Counted from the first letter of the stretch, positions 26,401-40,800 are shown. The stretch is DNA of 64,000 nucleotides from Antedon mediterranea (GCF_964355755.1 NC_092673.1:3968001-4032000), one strand, 5' to 3'. Numbers and translations are program-made. Notes: generated by a model from the sequence alone, not told the origin.

Positions 26401-29400
26401 AAAATTTGAAACTGTATTTGTGAGAAAACGGCGGATTGTTCCTGGGAGTCACATTGTGGCATTATACTAAGGTACGTCCTTAGTCGTCCAGTATAAGTTA
26501 GAGTGCGACCACTGGTTCCGTTTACTCAGCCCTCATCTTTTAAATTTGAGTGTAACTCAATTACGGTAAAAAATTTTAAAATATAGTGAAAATTGATACT
26601 GTATTTGTGAGAAAATGGCGGATTGTTCCTTGGAGTCACTTGGTGGGATTATACTAGGGTACCTCCTTAGTTGTCCAGTAGAGGTTAGAGTGGGACCACT
26701 GGTCCCGTTTACTCAGCCCTCATCTTTAACGTTTGAGTGTAACTCAATTACGATTAATATTTTAAAATATAGTGAAATTTCATACTGTATTTGTGAGAAA
26801 ATGGCGGATTGTTCCTGGGAGCCACTTGGTGGGATTATACTAGGGTACCCCCTTAGTTGTGCAGTATAAGTTAGAGTGGGACCACTGGTCCCGTTTACTC
26901 AGCCCTCATCTTTAAAATTTGAATGTAACTCATTTACGATTTTTAAAATATAGTAAAATTTGAAACTGTATTTGTGAGAAAACGGCGGATTGTTCCTGAG
27001 AGTCACTTGGTGGGATTATACTAGGGTACCTCCTTAGTTGTCCAGTATAAGTTAGAGTGGGACCACTGGTCCCGTTTACTCAGCCCTCATCTTTAAAATT
27101 TGAGTGTAACTCATTTACGATTTTTAAAATATAGTGAAATTTGATACTGTATTTGTGAGAAAACGGCGGATTGTTCCTGAAAGTCACTTGGTGGGATTAT
27201 ACTAGGGTACCCCCTTAGTCGTCCAGTATAAGTTAGAGTGGGACCACTGGTCCCGTTTACTGAGCCCTCATCTTTTAAATTTGAGTGTAACTCAATTACG
27301 GTAAAAAAATTTAAAATATAGTGAAAATTGATACTGTATTTGTGAGAAAATGGCGGATTGTTCCTTGGAGTCACTTGGTGGGATTATACTAGGGTACCTC
27401 CTTAGTTGTCCAGTAGAAGTTAGAGTGGGACCACTGGTCCCGTTTACCCAGCCCTCATCTTTAACGTTTGAGTGTAACTCAATTACGATTAATATTTTAA
27501 AATATAGTGAAATTTGATACTGTATTTGTGAGAAAATGGCGGATTGTTCCCGAGAGTCACTTGGTGGGATTATACTAGGGTACCTCCTTAGTTGTCCAGT
27601 TTAAGTTAGAGTGGGACCACTGTTCCCGTTTACTCAGCCCTTATCTTTAAAATTTGAGTGTAACTCATTTACGATTAATATTTTAAAATATAGTGAAATT
27701 TGATACTGTATTTGTGAGAAAATGGCGGATTGTTCCTGAGAGCCACTTGGTGGGATTATACTAGGGTACCCCCTTAGTTGTGCAGTATAAGTTAGAGTGG
27801 GACCACTGGTCCCGTTTACTCAGCCCTCATCTTTAAAATTTGAGTGTAACTCATTTACGATTTTTAAAATATAGTAAAATTTGAAACTGTATTTGTGAAA
27901 AAACGGCGGATTGTTCCTGGGAGTCACATTGTGGCATTATACTAAGGTACGTCCTTAGTCGTCCAGTATAAGTTAGAGTGCGACCACTGGTTCCGTTTAC
28001 TCAGCCCTCATCTTTTAAATTTGAGTGTAACTCAATTACGGTAAAAAAATTTAAAATATAGTGAAAATTGATACTGTATTTGTGAGAAAATGGCGGATTG
28101 TTCCTTGGAGTCACTTGGTGGGATTATACTAGGGTACCTCCTTAGTTGTCCAGTAAAGGTTAGAGTGGGACCACTGGTCCCGTTTACTCAGCCCTCATCT
28201 TTAACGTTTGAGTGTAACTCAATTACGATTAATATTTTAAAATATAGTGAAATTTCATACTGTATTTGTGAGAAAATGGCGGATTGTTCCTGGGAGCCAC
28301 TTGGTGGGATTATACTAGGGTACCCCCTTAGTTGTGCAGTATAAGTTAGAGTGGGACCACTGGTCCCGTTTACTCAGCCCTCATCTTTAAAATTTGAATG
28401 TAACTCATTTACGATTTTTAAAATTTAGTAAAATTTGAAACTATATTTGTGAGAAAACGGCGGATTGTTCCTGAGAGTCACTTGGTGGGATTATACTAGG
28501 GTACCTCCTTAGTTGTCCAGTATAAGTTAGAGTGGGACCACTGGTCCCGTTTACTCAGCCCTCATCTTTAAAATTTGAGTGTAACTCATTTACGATTTTT
28601 AAAATATAGTGAAATTTGATACTGTATTTGTGAGAAAACGGCGGATTGTTCCTGAAAGTCACTTGGTGGGATTATACTAGGGTACCCCCTTAGTCGTCCA
28701 GTATAAGTTAGAGTGGGACCACTGGTCCCGTTTACTGAGCCCTCATCTTTTAAATTTGAGTGTAACTCATTTACGATTTTTAAAATATAGTAAAATTTGA
28801 TACTGTATTTGTGAGAAAATGGCAGATTGTTCCTGGGAGCCACTTGGTGGGATTATACTAGCGTACCTCCTTAGTTGTCCAGTTTAAGTTAGAGTGGGAC
28901 CACTGGTCCCGTTTACTCAACCCTTATCTTAAAAATTTGAGTGTAACTCAATTACGAATAATATTTTAAAATATAGTGAAATTTGATACTGTATTTGTGA
29001 GAAAATGGCGGATTGTTCCTGGGAGTCACTTGGTGGGATTATACTAGGGTACCCCCTTAGTCGTCCAGTATAAGTTAGAGTGCGACCAATGGTCCCGTTT
29101 ACTCAGCCCTCATCTTTAAAATTTGAGTGTAACTCATTTACGATTTTTAAAATATAGTGAATTTTGAAACTGTATTTGTGAGAAAACGGCGGATTGTTCC
29201 TGAGATTCACTTGGTGGGATTATACTAGGGTACACCCTTAGTCGTCCAGTGTAAGTTATAGTGGAACCACTGGTCCCGTTTACTCAGCCCTCATCTTTAA
29301 AATTTGAGTGTGACTCATTTACGATTTAAAAAATATAGTGAAATTTGATACTTTATTTGTGAGAATCTGGCGGATTGTTCCTGGGAGTCACTTGGTGGGA

Positions 29401-30060
29401 TTATACTAGGGTACCTCCTTAGTTGTCCAGTATAAGTTAGAGTGGGACCACTGGTCCCGTTTACTCAGCCCTCATCTTTAAAATTTGAGTGTAACTCATT
29501 TACGATTTTTAAAATATAGTGAAATTTGATACTGTATTTGTGAGAAAACGGCGGATTGTTCCTGAGAGTCACTTGGTGGGATTATACTAAAGTACCTCCT
29601 TAGTTGTCCAGTATAAGTTAGAGTTGGACCACTGGTCCCGTTTACTCAGCCCTCATCTTTAAAATTTGAGTGTAACACATTTACGATTTTTAAAATATAG
29701 TGAAATTTGAAACTGTATTTGTGAAAAAACGGCGGATTGTTCCTGAGAGTCACTTGGTGGGATTATACTAGGGTACCTCCTTGTTCGTCCAGTAAAGGTT
29801 AGAGTGGGACCACTGGTTCCGTTTACTCAGCCCTCATCTTTAAAATTTGAGTGTAACTCATTTACGATTTTTAAAATATAGTAAAATTTGAAACTGTATT
29901 TGTGAGAAAACGGCGGATTGTTCCTGGGAGTCACATTGTGGCATTATACTAAGGTACGTCCTTAGTCGTCCAGTATAAGTTAGAGTGCGACCACTGGTTC
30001 CGTTTACTCAGCCCTTATCTTTTAAATTTGAGTGTAACTCATTTACGATTTTTAAAATAT
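23480..30060 (+). repeat. Left-arm tandem array, ~36 copies of a ~182-187-bp monomer
   Basis: Recurring ATTTGTGAGAAAATGGCGGATTGTTCCTGGGAGTCACTTGGTGGGATTATACTAGGGTAC... unit. Confidence 0.95.
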
Positions 30061-33000
30061 CCGCCATTTTCTCACAAATACAGTATCAATTTTCACTATA
30101 TTTTAAAATGTTTATCGTAATTGAGTTACACTTAAATTTAAAAGATGAGGGCTGAGTAAACGGAACCAGTGGTACCACTATAACTTTTACTGGACGACTA
30201 AGGAGGTACCCTAGTATAATCCCACCAAGTGACTCCCCGGAACAATCCGCCATTTTCTCACAAATACAGTTTCAAATTTAACTATATTTTAAAAATTGTA
30301 ATTGAGTTACACTCAAATTTTTAAGATGAGAAGGCTGAGTAAACGGAACCAGTGGTCCCACTCTAACTTATACTGGACAACTAAGGAGGTACCCTAGTAT
30401 AATCCCACCAAGTGACTCCCAGGAACAATCCGCCATTTTCTCACAAATACAGTATCAAATGTCACTATATTTTTTAAATCGTAAATGAGTTACACTCGAA
30501 TTTAAAAGATGAGGGCTGAGTAAACGGGACCAGTGGTCCCACTCTAATTTATACTGGACGACTAAGGAGGTACCTTAGTATAATCCCACCAAGTGACTCC
30601 CAGGAACAATCCGCCATTTTTTCACAAATACAGTATCAAATTTCACTATATTTTTTAAATCGTAAATGAGTTACACTCAAATTTAAAAGATGAGGGCTGA
30701 GTAAACGGTACCAGTGGTCCCACTCTAACTTATACTGTACGACTAAGGAGGCACCCTAGTATAATCCCACCAAGTGACTGCCAGGAACAATCCGCCATTT
30801 TCTCACAAATACAGTATCAAATTTCACTATATTTTAAAATATTAATCGTAATTGAGTTACACTCAAATTTTAAAGATAAGTGCTGAGTAAACGGGACCAG
30901 TGGTCCCACTCTAACTTAAACTGGACAACTAAGGAGGTACCCTAGTATAATCCCCCACCAAGTGACTCCCGGGAACAATCCGCCATTTTCTCACAAATAC
31001 AGTATCAAATTTCACTATATTTTAAAATATTAATCGTAATTGAGTTACACTCAAACGTTAAAGATGAGGGCTGAGTAAACGGAACCAGTGGTCCCACTCT
31101 AACTTCTACTGGACAACTAAGTAGGTACCCTAGTATAATCCCACCAAGTGACTCCCAGGAACAATCCGCCATTTTCTCACAAATACAGTATCAATTTTCA
31201 CTATATTTTAAATATTTTTATCGTAATTGAGTTACACTCAAATTTAAAAGATGAGGGCTGAGTAAACGGGACCAGTGGTCGCACTCTAACTTATACTGGA
31301 CGACTAAGGACGTACCTTAGTATAATCCCACCATGTGACTCCCAGGAAAAATCCGCCGTTTTCTCACAAATACAGTATCTAATTTCTCTATATTTTTAAA
31401 ATCGTAAATGAGTTACACTCAAATTTATAAGATGAGGGCTGAGTAAACGGGACCAGTGGTCCCACTCTAACTTATATTGGACGACTAAGGAGGCACCCTA
31501 GTATAATCCCACAAAGTGACTCTCAGGAACAATCCGCCGTTTTCTCACAAATACAGTATCAAATTTCACTATATTTTAAAAGTCGTAAATGAGTTACACT
31601 CAAATTTAAAAGATGAGGGCTGAGTAAACGGGACCAGTGGTACCACTCTAACTTTTACTGGACGACTAAGGAGGTACCCTAGTATAATCCCACCAAGTGA
31701 CTCTCAGGAACAATCCGCCGTTTTCTCACAAATACAGTATCAAATTTCACTATATTTTAAAAATCGTAAATGAGTTACACTCAAATTTTAAAGATTAGTG
31801 CTGAGTTAACGGGACCAGTGGTCCCACTCTAACTTATACTGGACAACTAAGGAGGTACTCTAGTATAATCCCACCAAGTGACTCCCAGGAACAATCCGCC
31901 ATTTTCTCACAAATACAGTATCAAATTTCACTATATTTTTTAAATCGTAAATGAGTTACACTCAAATTTAAAAGATGAGGGCTGAGTAAACGGTACAAGT
32001 GGTCCCACTCTAACTTATACTGTACGACTAAGGAGGCACCCTAGTATAATCCCACCAAGTGAATCTCAGGAACAATCCGCCGTTTTCTCCCTCACAACTA
32101 CAGTTTCAAATTTCACTATATTTTAAAAATCGTAAATGAGTTACACTCAAATTTTAAAGATGAGGGCTGAGTAAACGGAAACAGTGGTCCCACTCTAACT
32201 TATACTGGACGACTAACGGGGTACCCTAGTATAATCCCACCAAGTGACTGCCAGGAACAATCCGCCATTTTCTCACAAATACAGTATCAAATTTCACTAT
32301 ATTTTAAAATATTAATCGTAATTGAGTTACACTCAAATTTTAAAGATAAGGGCTGAGTAAACGGGACCAGTGGTCCCACTCTAACTTAAACTGGACAACT
32401 AAGGAGGTACCCTAGTATAATCCCACCAAGTGACTCCCGGGAACAATCCGCCATTTTCTCACAAATACAGTATCAAATTTCACTATATTTTAAAATATTA
32501 ATCGTAATTGAGTTACACTCAAACGTTAAAGATGAGGGCTGAGTAAACGGGACCAGTGGTCCCACTCTAACTTCTACTGGACAACTAAGGAGGTACCCTA
32601 GTATAATCCCACCAAGTGACTCCCAGGAACAATCCGCCATTTTCTCACAAATACAGTATCAATTTTCACTATATTTTAAATATTTTTATCGTAATTGAGT
32701 TACACTCAAATTTAAAAGATGAGGGCTGAGTAAACGGAACCAGTGGTCCCACTCTAACTTATACTGGACAACTAAGGACGTACCTTAGTATAATCCCACC
32801 ATGTGACTCCCAGGAAAAATCCGCCGTTTTCTCACAAATACAGTATCTAATTTCTCTATATTTTAAAAATCGTAAATGAGTTACACTCAAATTTAAAAGA
32901 TGAGGGCTGAGTAAACGGGACCAGTGGTCCCACTCTAACTTATACTGGACGACTAAGGAGGCACCCTAGTATAATCCCACCAAGTGACTCTCAGGAACAA

Positions 33001-34107
33001 TCCGCCGTTTTCTCACAAATACAGTATCAAATTTCACTATATTTTAAAAATCGTAAATGAGTTACACTCAAATTTAAAAGATGAGGGCTGAGTAAACGGG
33101 ACCAGTGGTCCCACTCTAACTTATACTGGATGACTAATGGGGTACCCTAGTATAATCCCACCAAGTGACTCTAAGGAACAATCCGCCGTTTTCTCACAAA
33201 TACAGTATCAAATTTCACTATATTTTAAAAATCGTAAATGAGTTACACTCAAATTTTAAAGATGAGGGCTGAGTAAACGGGACCAGTGGTCCCACTCTAA
33301 CTTATACTGGACAACTAAGAAGGTACCCTAGTATAATCCCACAAAGTGACTCCCGGGAACAATCCGCCATTTTCTCACAAATACAGTATCAAATTTCACT
33401 ATATTTTTTAAATCGTAAATGAGTTACACTCAAATTTAAAAGATGAGGGCTGAGTAAACGGTACCAGTGGTCCCACTCTAACTTATACTGTACGACTAAG
33501 GAGGTACCCTAGTATAATCCCACCAAGTGACTCCCAGGAACAATCCGCCATTTTCTCACCAATACAGTTTCAAATTTAACTATATTTAAAAAATTGTAAT
33601 TGAGTTACACTCAAATTTTAAAGATGAGGGCTGAGTAAACGGGACCAGTGGTCGCACTCTAACTTATACTGGACGTCTAAGGGGGTACCCTAGTATAATC
33701 CCACCAAGTGACTCCCAGGAACAATCCGCCATTTTCTCACAAATACAGTTTCAAATTTAACTATATTTAAAAAATTGTAATTGAGTTACACTCAAATTTT
33801 AAAAATGAGGGCTGAGTAAACGGGACCAGTGGTCGCACTCTAACTTATACTGGACGTCTAAGGGGGTACCCTAGTATAATCCCACCAAGTGACTCCCAGC
33901 AACAATCCGCCATTTTCTCACAAATACAGTTTCAAATTTAACTATATTTTAAAAATCGTAATTGAGTTACACTCAAATTTTAAAGATGAGGGCTGAGTAA
34001 ACGGGACCAGTGGTCCCACTCTAACTTATACTGGACGACTAAGGGGGTACCCTAGTATAATCCCACCAAGTGAATCCCAGGAACAATCCGCCGTTTTTCT
34101 CACAAAT
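30061..34107 (-). repeat. Right-arm tandem array, ~22 copies of the same monomer in inverted orientation
   Basis: Reverse complement (CCGCCATTTTCTCACAAATAC...) of the left-arm unit. Confidence 0.95.
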
Positions 34108-34862
34108 ATTTAATTCCTAATACCATAAAAGCCATAAGTAACAATGAAAATGTAAAGAATGCACAAACGGCGTTTCATAGTTATTGTTGGCTGGAAAAAA
34201 TAAAAGTGGGCTGGCTTATTGTTGGCTGGCTTATTGTTGGCTAGCTTGACACAAGCACCACCACCACATGTTTTTGTTGACTGCTCTATGGAATTGGGGG
34301 CGCCCTTTACAAAATAGTGTCCTTTAAATTTCTTACGTCACACACACGTGTTACTAACTTTCCACCAATCACGGCCGAGCATCGCGGAACCTCCTATACT
34401 GTATGATCATCAATCACCTTATTGTAATTGTTCATATCATCCATATCTATAAAGATATGGTGACAAGTAATTAAGCTGGTTGTATCCTTTACAACACATG
34501 GTTAATATGTTCATTTTCTCAAATTAACAGAGGAGCAAATAAATTAAATAATTAGTCTAAACACCAAGAATGTTTTTCCTTAGAACATCGTCATTACTTA
34601 CTTTGCTTACACAGCACAGCAGCTTCCTCAGAATATCATCGTAAGATTTTTTTCTAAATTTCATCGTAGTCTATTTTCTCGTTCTTACAAAACATCTTGG
34701 TCAAATGTTAAAAGCTTGTTTAATTAGGTTTGAAAAATAAGATATTTCCTTATCTAGCTCATTCTAAGACTCGCTTGTCGTACGTAGGCCTACTTAGAAA
34801 CTCTGATACTGCAGAAGAAAATAACAGCCAAAGTCAATATTTTCATTGTAACTTCTTAGGCA

Positions 34863-37800
34863 ATGTGGATGCTCAAGCTTCTATTAATTCAGCTAGCTTA
34901 CATATTGACTTGCCAGTTAAACTACCCAGTTGAATCAACGCAACAATCATACAGGGGAAAAAAGCTGCAAGTACCTATTGCATGTCATGGGTGGCAAAAT
35001 GGAATTTGTAAATGTTCTGAACCTGAGAAGTTTGTCAATTGTAGCAGTCAAAGGCTTACTGAATTTCCACTTGGAATCCCGAATGATACACGTGCATTGT
35101 AAGTAATATCCTAGTTTATGAATTATAAACTCCCTGCTGCTCTTCTTTATTTACTAAGCTTACTTATTAGTCTAGCGTTTACTATTGCTTCCACATAGTA
35201 CAATTTCCTATGGCGTTCTTGTGCCGGCTTCGTGAAAAGAGCTCATAATTTGAAATCCTGGTAGTAACTCTACACTAAATACCATCTTTTGTATTTAGCA
35301 ACATTCTTACAAATGAACAGTAGTAGAGTAACAGTATCTGCGCAGTTTGTTAATTAAATTGTTTTTATTTTGTTTCAGGAACATAGGAAACAATATGATT
35401 AATTCTGTACCGGATCTGCGCCATCTTGCTGATCTGCAAAGCATGTAAGTTATTCAATTGACGGACAATCTGTTTATTCGTTGGATTGTCAGTAATTGTC
35501 AAACTGATCAATGGATAAAATCATAAAATACTTGCATATATCTATCTTTATATATTTTGAATTGGTCATGGTACCTCGCTATATTTCTTTCTTTATTCAT
35601 TCATCCAAAAAATACATAAACATAACATTGTAATATAAAATATTAAAATATAAAAATAATTGGATAAAAAGGAAGAAGAGAAAAGGCAACTTCATGCCTA
35701 TCTAGCTCTACTCCCTGTATAACTAAAAGATTTCAATTCTATTCAAATCAAACAAATCATATTATGATAGAATTTAATTACTAATAATAGTATAATAGTA
35801 ATAATAATAATAGATGTATATATATATATATAAATTATACTGTAAATTATATATACTAGATGGCACGCTCGCTTCGCTCGCGTACCATCTAGGTCGTGCC
35901 CACAGATGGTTCTCGAATACACAGTATTTCCAGCGAGAAAAAAATGGAGATTTCAAATGTACGTACCGCAGGACTATAATACATTGTCGTTTACAGAAAC
36001 GAATAAATATACACAATGATTTATGTAGTCAACCAAAATTAGCACCCTGGGAATTACTTCCGAGAGAGAAACAAAATGAGTCAAATTTTTTTATTTGGAC
36101 TCATTTAAACAAACCCAATTTGTGTTTTGTATGTAACATTAAGGGTTGAGGGATGGGGGAAGAAGATAGGTACAAAGAGGAAACATTTTAAAATATTTTC
36201 TTATCCACTCAGTAACGAAATATTGTTTTTAATGTTTTATAGGCCTATAAATAATATACCACTAAATACAGTAAAACATTTACGATTTAACACGGTACTT
36301 TGTTAAAACTCTCACTGTCATAGTCGATTGAAATAGTAAAGTACATGTAACGATACACCACTACGACGTTTATATATTTTTAAATTATTAATTAATACAA
36401 ACGTTGAGAAGCAACTGTCAGTAATAACGTTTATTTATTTGTATATTATATGTTTATAATCTAACAGTAGGGCCTACCCACACTCACAGTAATAAAGTTT
36501 ATTTGTATATATTTTTATATTACATCTAACAGTACCAACACTCACAGTAAGAAATTTGCGATTCAAATTGCGATCAAAAGTGGTTAATACCTTAACAGTA
36601 TTGTACAGCATTGCAATACTATTTATGTTTATTCTCCAAGGGGGCCCATAAATCTAAATCTATACCTGTATGGTTAAACCAAATAATTTGGAATGTTGCA
36701 TTCATCACAAATCAATACATTTGTAAAAACGTATATTAAATGTATCAAAATAGTATTTTTTAAAGAAAATCGGCCTGTCTTCAACATTATGATGCTGTAC
36801 TCGAACTGTTCAACCGGTTTTCAGCTATTAAAAACAATTATCGTAGGAGGAGATAGGAAAATGCGAAGCCTCCTCGCATTTTTGTGGCGGGTATTTTTCA
36901 AGATGGACATCCATTAGACAGTGTATACCACGATCGGAAAACACCCCTATTTGGGGCAAATCGTTGAACCTAAATTCGTTTTAATCGTCAATAACTAATT
37001 ATCTAACTTAATTTAATTAGTAAACAGGGTTACATCAGGTGGTTAAAATCAGTACCGAAAGTACGAACCAACTTTATATACCATCGAGTAAAAATTCTAG
37101 AAGTAAGGCGCGATTTACCGAATTTTGCCCTTACGTAAATTTATATATAGATATAAATACATACACACAACCATCATTCCGTTTCAATTGTATATACATA
37201 CATATACACACATGTATATATTAATGCCATACATTTACTCATAAATTTTATGACTCCAACAGGAGTTCTATGACTTTGGTTTTAAAATGTTTGTGTACTT
37301 GCAGTAACCTTAACAGAAATTACCTTAGCAAAGTTCCAACACTACCAAAGACAATGGGTACAATGTAAGTTTATACTTTTATTAGTTTTAGGATCTAATA
37401 ATCTAGAGATGCCAGTAAAGTAATAATGTGTTTAGCGCACATATCCACGAAAGTGCTCAAGGTGTTTGTGGAAAAACTAATCTGTAAACCTAAAAACTAC
37501 CAAATCTAGAAAAAACCCACATAACTTTTTTAAGAAAAAAAAAGAAACAATTCTGAATGTAACAATACTCAAAATATAAATATATAATATTGAAAGTCTT
37601 TTTCCTTTGTTTGTATAGAGATCTTTCTCGAAATGTAATTCAAAATTTCAGCACAGAATTTGTGGGTATGACATACTTAGTCAAGCTGTAAGTATAATTA
37701 TAAATCAAGTATATAAACAAGTATATAAACAAGTATATAAACAAGTATATAAACAAGTATATACACAAGTAAACAGGTATATAAACAAGTATATAAACAA

Positions 37801-40800
37801 GTATATAAACAAGTATATAAACAAGTAAACAGGTATATAAACAAGTATATAAACAAGTAAATAAACAAGTAAACAAGTATATAAACAAGTATATAAACAA
37901 GTAAACAGGTATATAAACAAGTATATAAACAAGTAAATAAACAAGTAAACAAGTATATAAACAAGTAAACAAGTATATAAACAAGTATAAGTATATAAAC
38001 AAGTAAACAAGTATATAAACAAGTATATAAACAAGTAAACAAGTATATAAACAAGTAAACAAACAAGTATATAAACAAGTATATAAACAAGTATATAAAC
38101 AAGTATATAAACAAGTATATAAACAAGTATATAAACAAGTATATAAACAAGTATATAAACAAGTAAATAAACAAGTAAACAAGTATATAAACAAGTATAT
38201 AAACAAGTAAACAGGTATATAAACAAGTATATAAACAAGTAAATAAACAAGTAAACAAGTATATAAACAAGTAAACAAGTATATAAACAAGTATAAGTAT
38301 ATAAACAAGTAAACAAGTATATAAACAAGTATATAAACAAGTAAACAAGTATATAAACAAGTAAACAAACAAGTATATAAACAAGTATATAAACAAGTAT
38401 ATAAACAAGTATATAAACAAGTATATAAACAAGTATATAAACAAGTATATAAACAAGTATATAAACAAGTATATAAACAAGTATATAAACAAGTAAACAA
38501 GTATATAAACAAGTAAACAAACAAGTATATAAACAAGTATATAAACAAGTATATAAACAAGTATATAAACAAGTATATAAACAAGTAAATAAGTATATAA
38601 ACAAGTAAACAAGTATATAAACAAGTAAACAAGTATATAAACAAGTAAATAAGTATATAAACAAGTAAACAATTATATAAACAAGTATATAAACAAGTAT
38701 ATAAACAAGTAAACAAGTATATAAACAAGTATATAAACAAGTAAACAAGTATATAAACAAGTAAACAAGTATATAAACAAGTAAACAAGTATGTAAACAA
38801 GTAAACAATGAAATAAACAAGTATCTACCTTTTAGTACTATAATAAATAGATATTCTTTAAATGTTTCCAAACATTATTTGGTGTTTATTGAGTAACATT
38901 AATTTAATTTTACATACCAAAAGAATAAATGTTATTCTTTTTTGTTTATAGAAATATAAAACACAATTTGTTAAACAACTTGCCTGATGGTGGATTTACA
39001 GGATGCTCTTGGCTTTCAAAACTGTAAGAACATCATAATCTATTATTTGTTATGATTTATAGTATTCTAAATAAAGAGAGTTGAGATATCATTGAGGGGA
39101 CAGTAGTTTCTAACGTCGGTTCAAGCTAAGGTGGACCAGAGCAATCCCCTATTTAACAACATTTTTCACCTCAATTGTCTTTCGCTTCCAGTAGGTTCAT
39201 TCCTCCATGCTCTTTTCAATAAAAATCTGAATACTCAGTAACATAATGATATTTAAATCATTTATCTTTACAAAATGATAGGATGCTAGGCTACAATAGC
39301 TTGAAGTACATAAATGGGAACCAACTAAAAGGTCTGGAATCATTAGGATATTTGTAAGTTACATTAGCGGTATTATTATCATTTGCGGTTTAACAGCATC
39401 ATTATCATTTGATAACATTATCATTATCATGTGGTTTAACAGCATCATTATCATTTGATAACAGCATCATTATCATTTGATAACAGCATCATTATCATTT
39501 GATAACAGTATCATTATAATTTGCGGTTTAACAGAATCATTATCATTTGATAACAGCTTCATTATAATTTGTGGTTTAAAAGCATCATTATCATTTGCTT
39601 TTTAACAGCATCATTATCATTTGATAACAGCTTCATTATCATTTGCGGTTTAACAGCATCATTATCATTACCATTTGTGGTTTTTCACTATCATAAATAA
39701 ATAAAGTTACTAATGTATATAAATATTATTTTCTCTTTTAATTGTAAGGTTCTTGCAAACAAATAGCATTACCAACATTGATCCAGCTGCCATGAAAATA
39801 ATCTGCAAATATGGTAATGGAATGTAAGTAATACATGCCTAAACAATGTATACAAATTAAAGGTAGAATTTCATGTTAGAGTAGTGATAGCACAGATACA
39901 AAAAATTTAGAGCTGATGGAGAGTGAAATGTTCGCCACTTCTGAGAAAATGTAAACATATTTATTTACTAAACATTTGGCAAATAGCCAAGAGGAAACCA
40001 TAAACCAATGGCAAGTGGCAATCTAAAGACTAAAGAAGAAATATAGATAAATAAATATTTCTCTTAAGCTTGATTTCCATTAAATCGCTACACTGTATCG
40101 CCGACAGTTGTTTCTGACTTATGATAGCGATTTTATGGAAACCAAGCTTTATCTGGTTCTGCATAATTATAAAATATTTGTCAGAATGTAAGAGAAAAGC
40201 AGGGAGGTCATATGTGCCACCGCTCTATACCTTTCATAACCATTAAAAAACATTATGCTTCACTGCCAAAAAGCAATACTACTGGCCACTTTTTAGAAAT
40301 GGCTATAATAGAAACCATAGTCCATTAAAACATGAATAATTGCTTGTTACATACGGTACATATTTTGCAGAGACTTTGGCACGAATAAGCTCACAGCTAT
40401 AAGACCAGGGTTCTTTAATGACTGCTCAATAGTTGACGATTTGTAAGTATGTAGGCCTACTGAATTAAATTTAAAATATCATGTCAATTTATAGATTTTC
40501 AACTACAGTAGTCTAAAACTTATAACTATTCCTGATGACTCTTTATACAGTTGTCAAAGAATGTTGATTTCTAGAAACCAAATAAACTTTAAAAAACTTA
40601 AATTACTGTATATCTTGCAGTACATCAAAATAATTAAATTATTTACTCTTAAAATGTCTTTCTTTTCAGATATTTGAGAAATAACATAATATCTAAGCTA
40701 CCTGATTATCTCTTTCAAAATCCAGAATCTAAAGATGCTTTTGGGGTTGAACTTGGATCAGTGTAAGTATGTTACAGAAAGAGGAATATTACTGGTCAGT

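Larger units (their letters stand above)
23330..34256. mobile_element. 10.9-kb non-autonomous foldback element (Mutator/FB-like) made of inverted satellite arms
   Basis: Near-perfect ~150-bp outer TIR (GCTTGTGTCAAGCTAGCCAACAATAAG... / ...CTTATTGTTGGCTAGCTTGACACAAGC). 9-bp TSD ACCACCACC at 23321-23329 and 34257-34265. The arms meet at 30060/30061; no transposase. Confidence 0.92.

Noticed and set aside
23480-34107. Repeated 77-87-aa ORFs and a possible CRISPR-like array
   Set aside because: The ORFs are chance readings of the satellite monomer; units are full tandem copies with no unique spacers, in a eukaryotic context with no cas genes.
37640-38871. Three 324-388-aa ORFs on the minus strand
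   Set aside because: Artefacts of a stop-free simple repeat (YTCL/LFIY/ILVY) inside an intron of the LRR gene.
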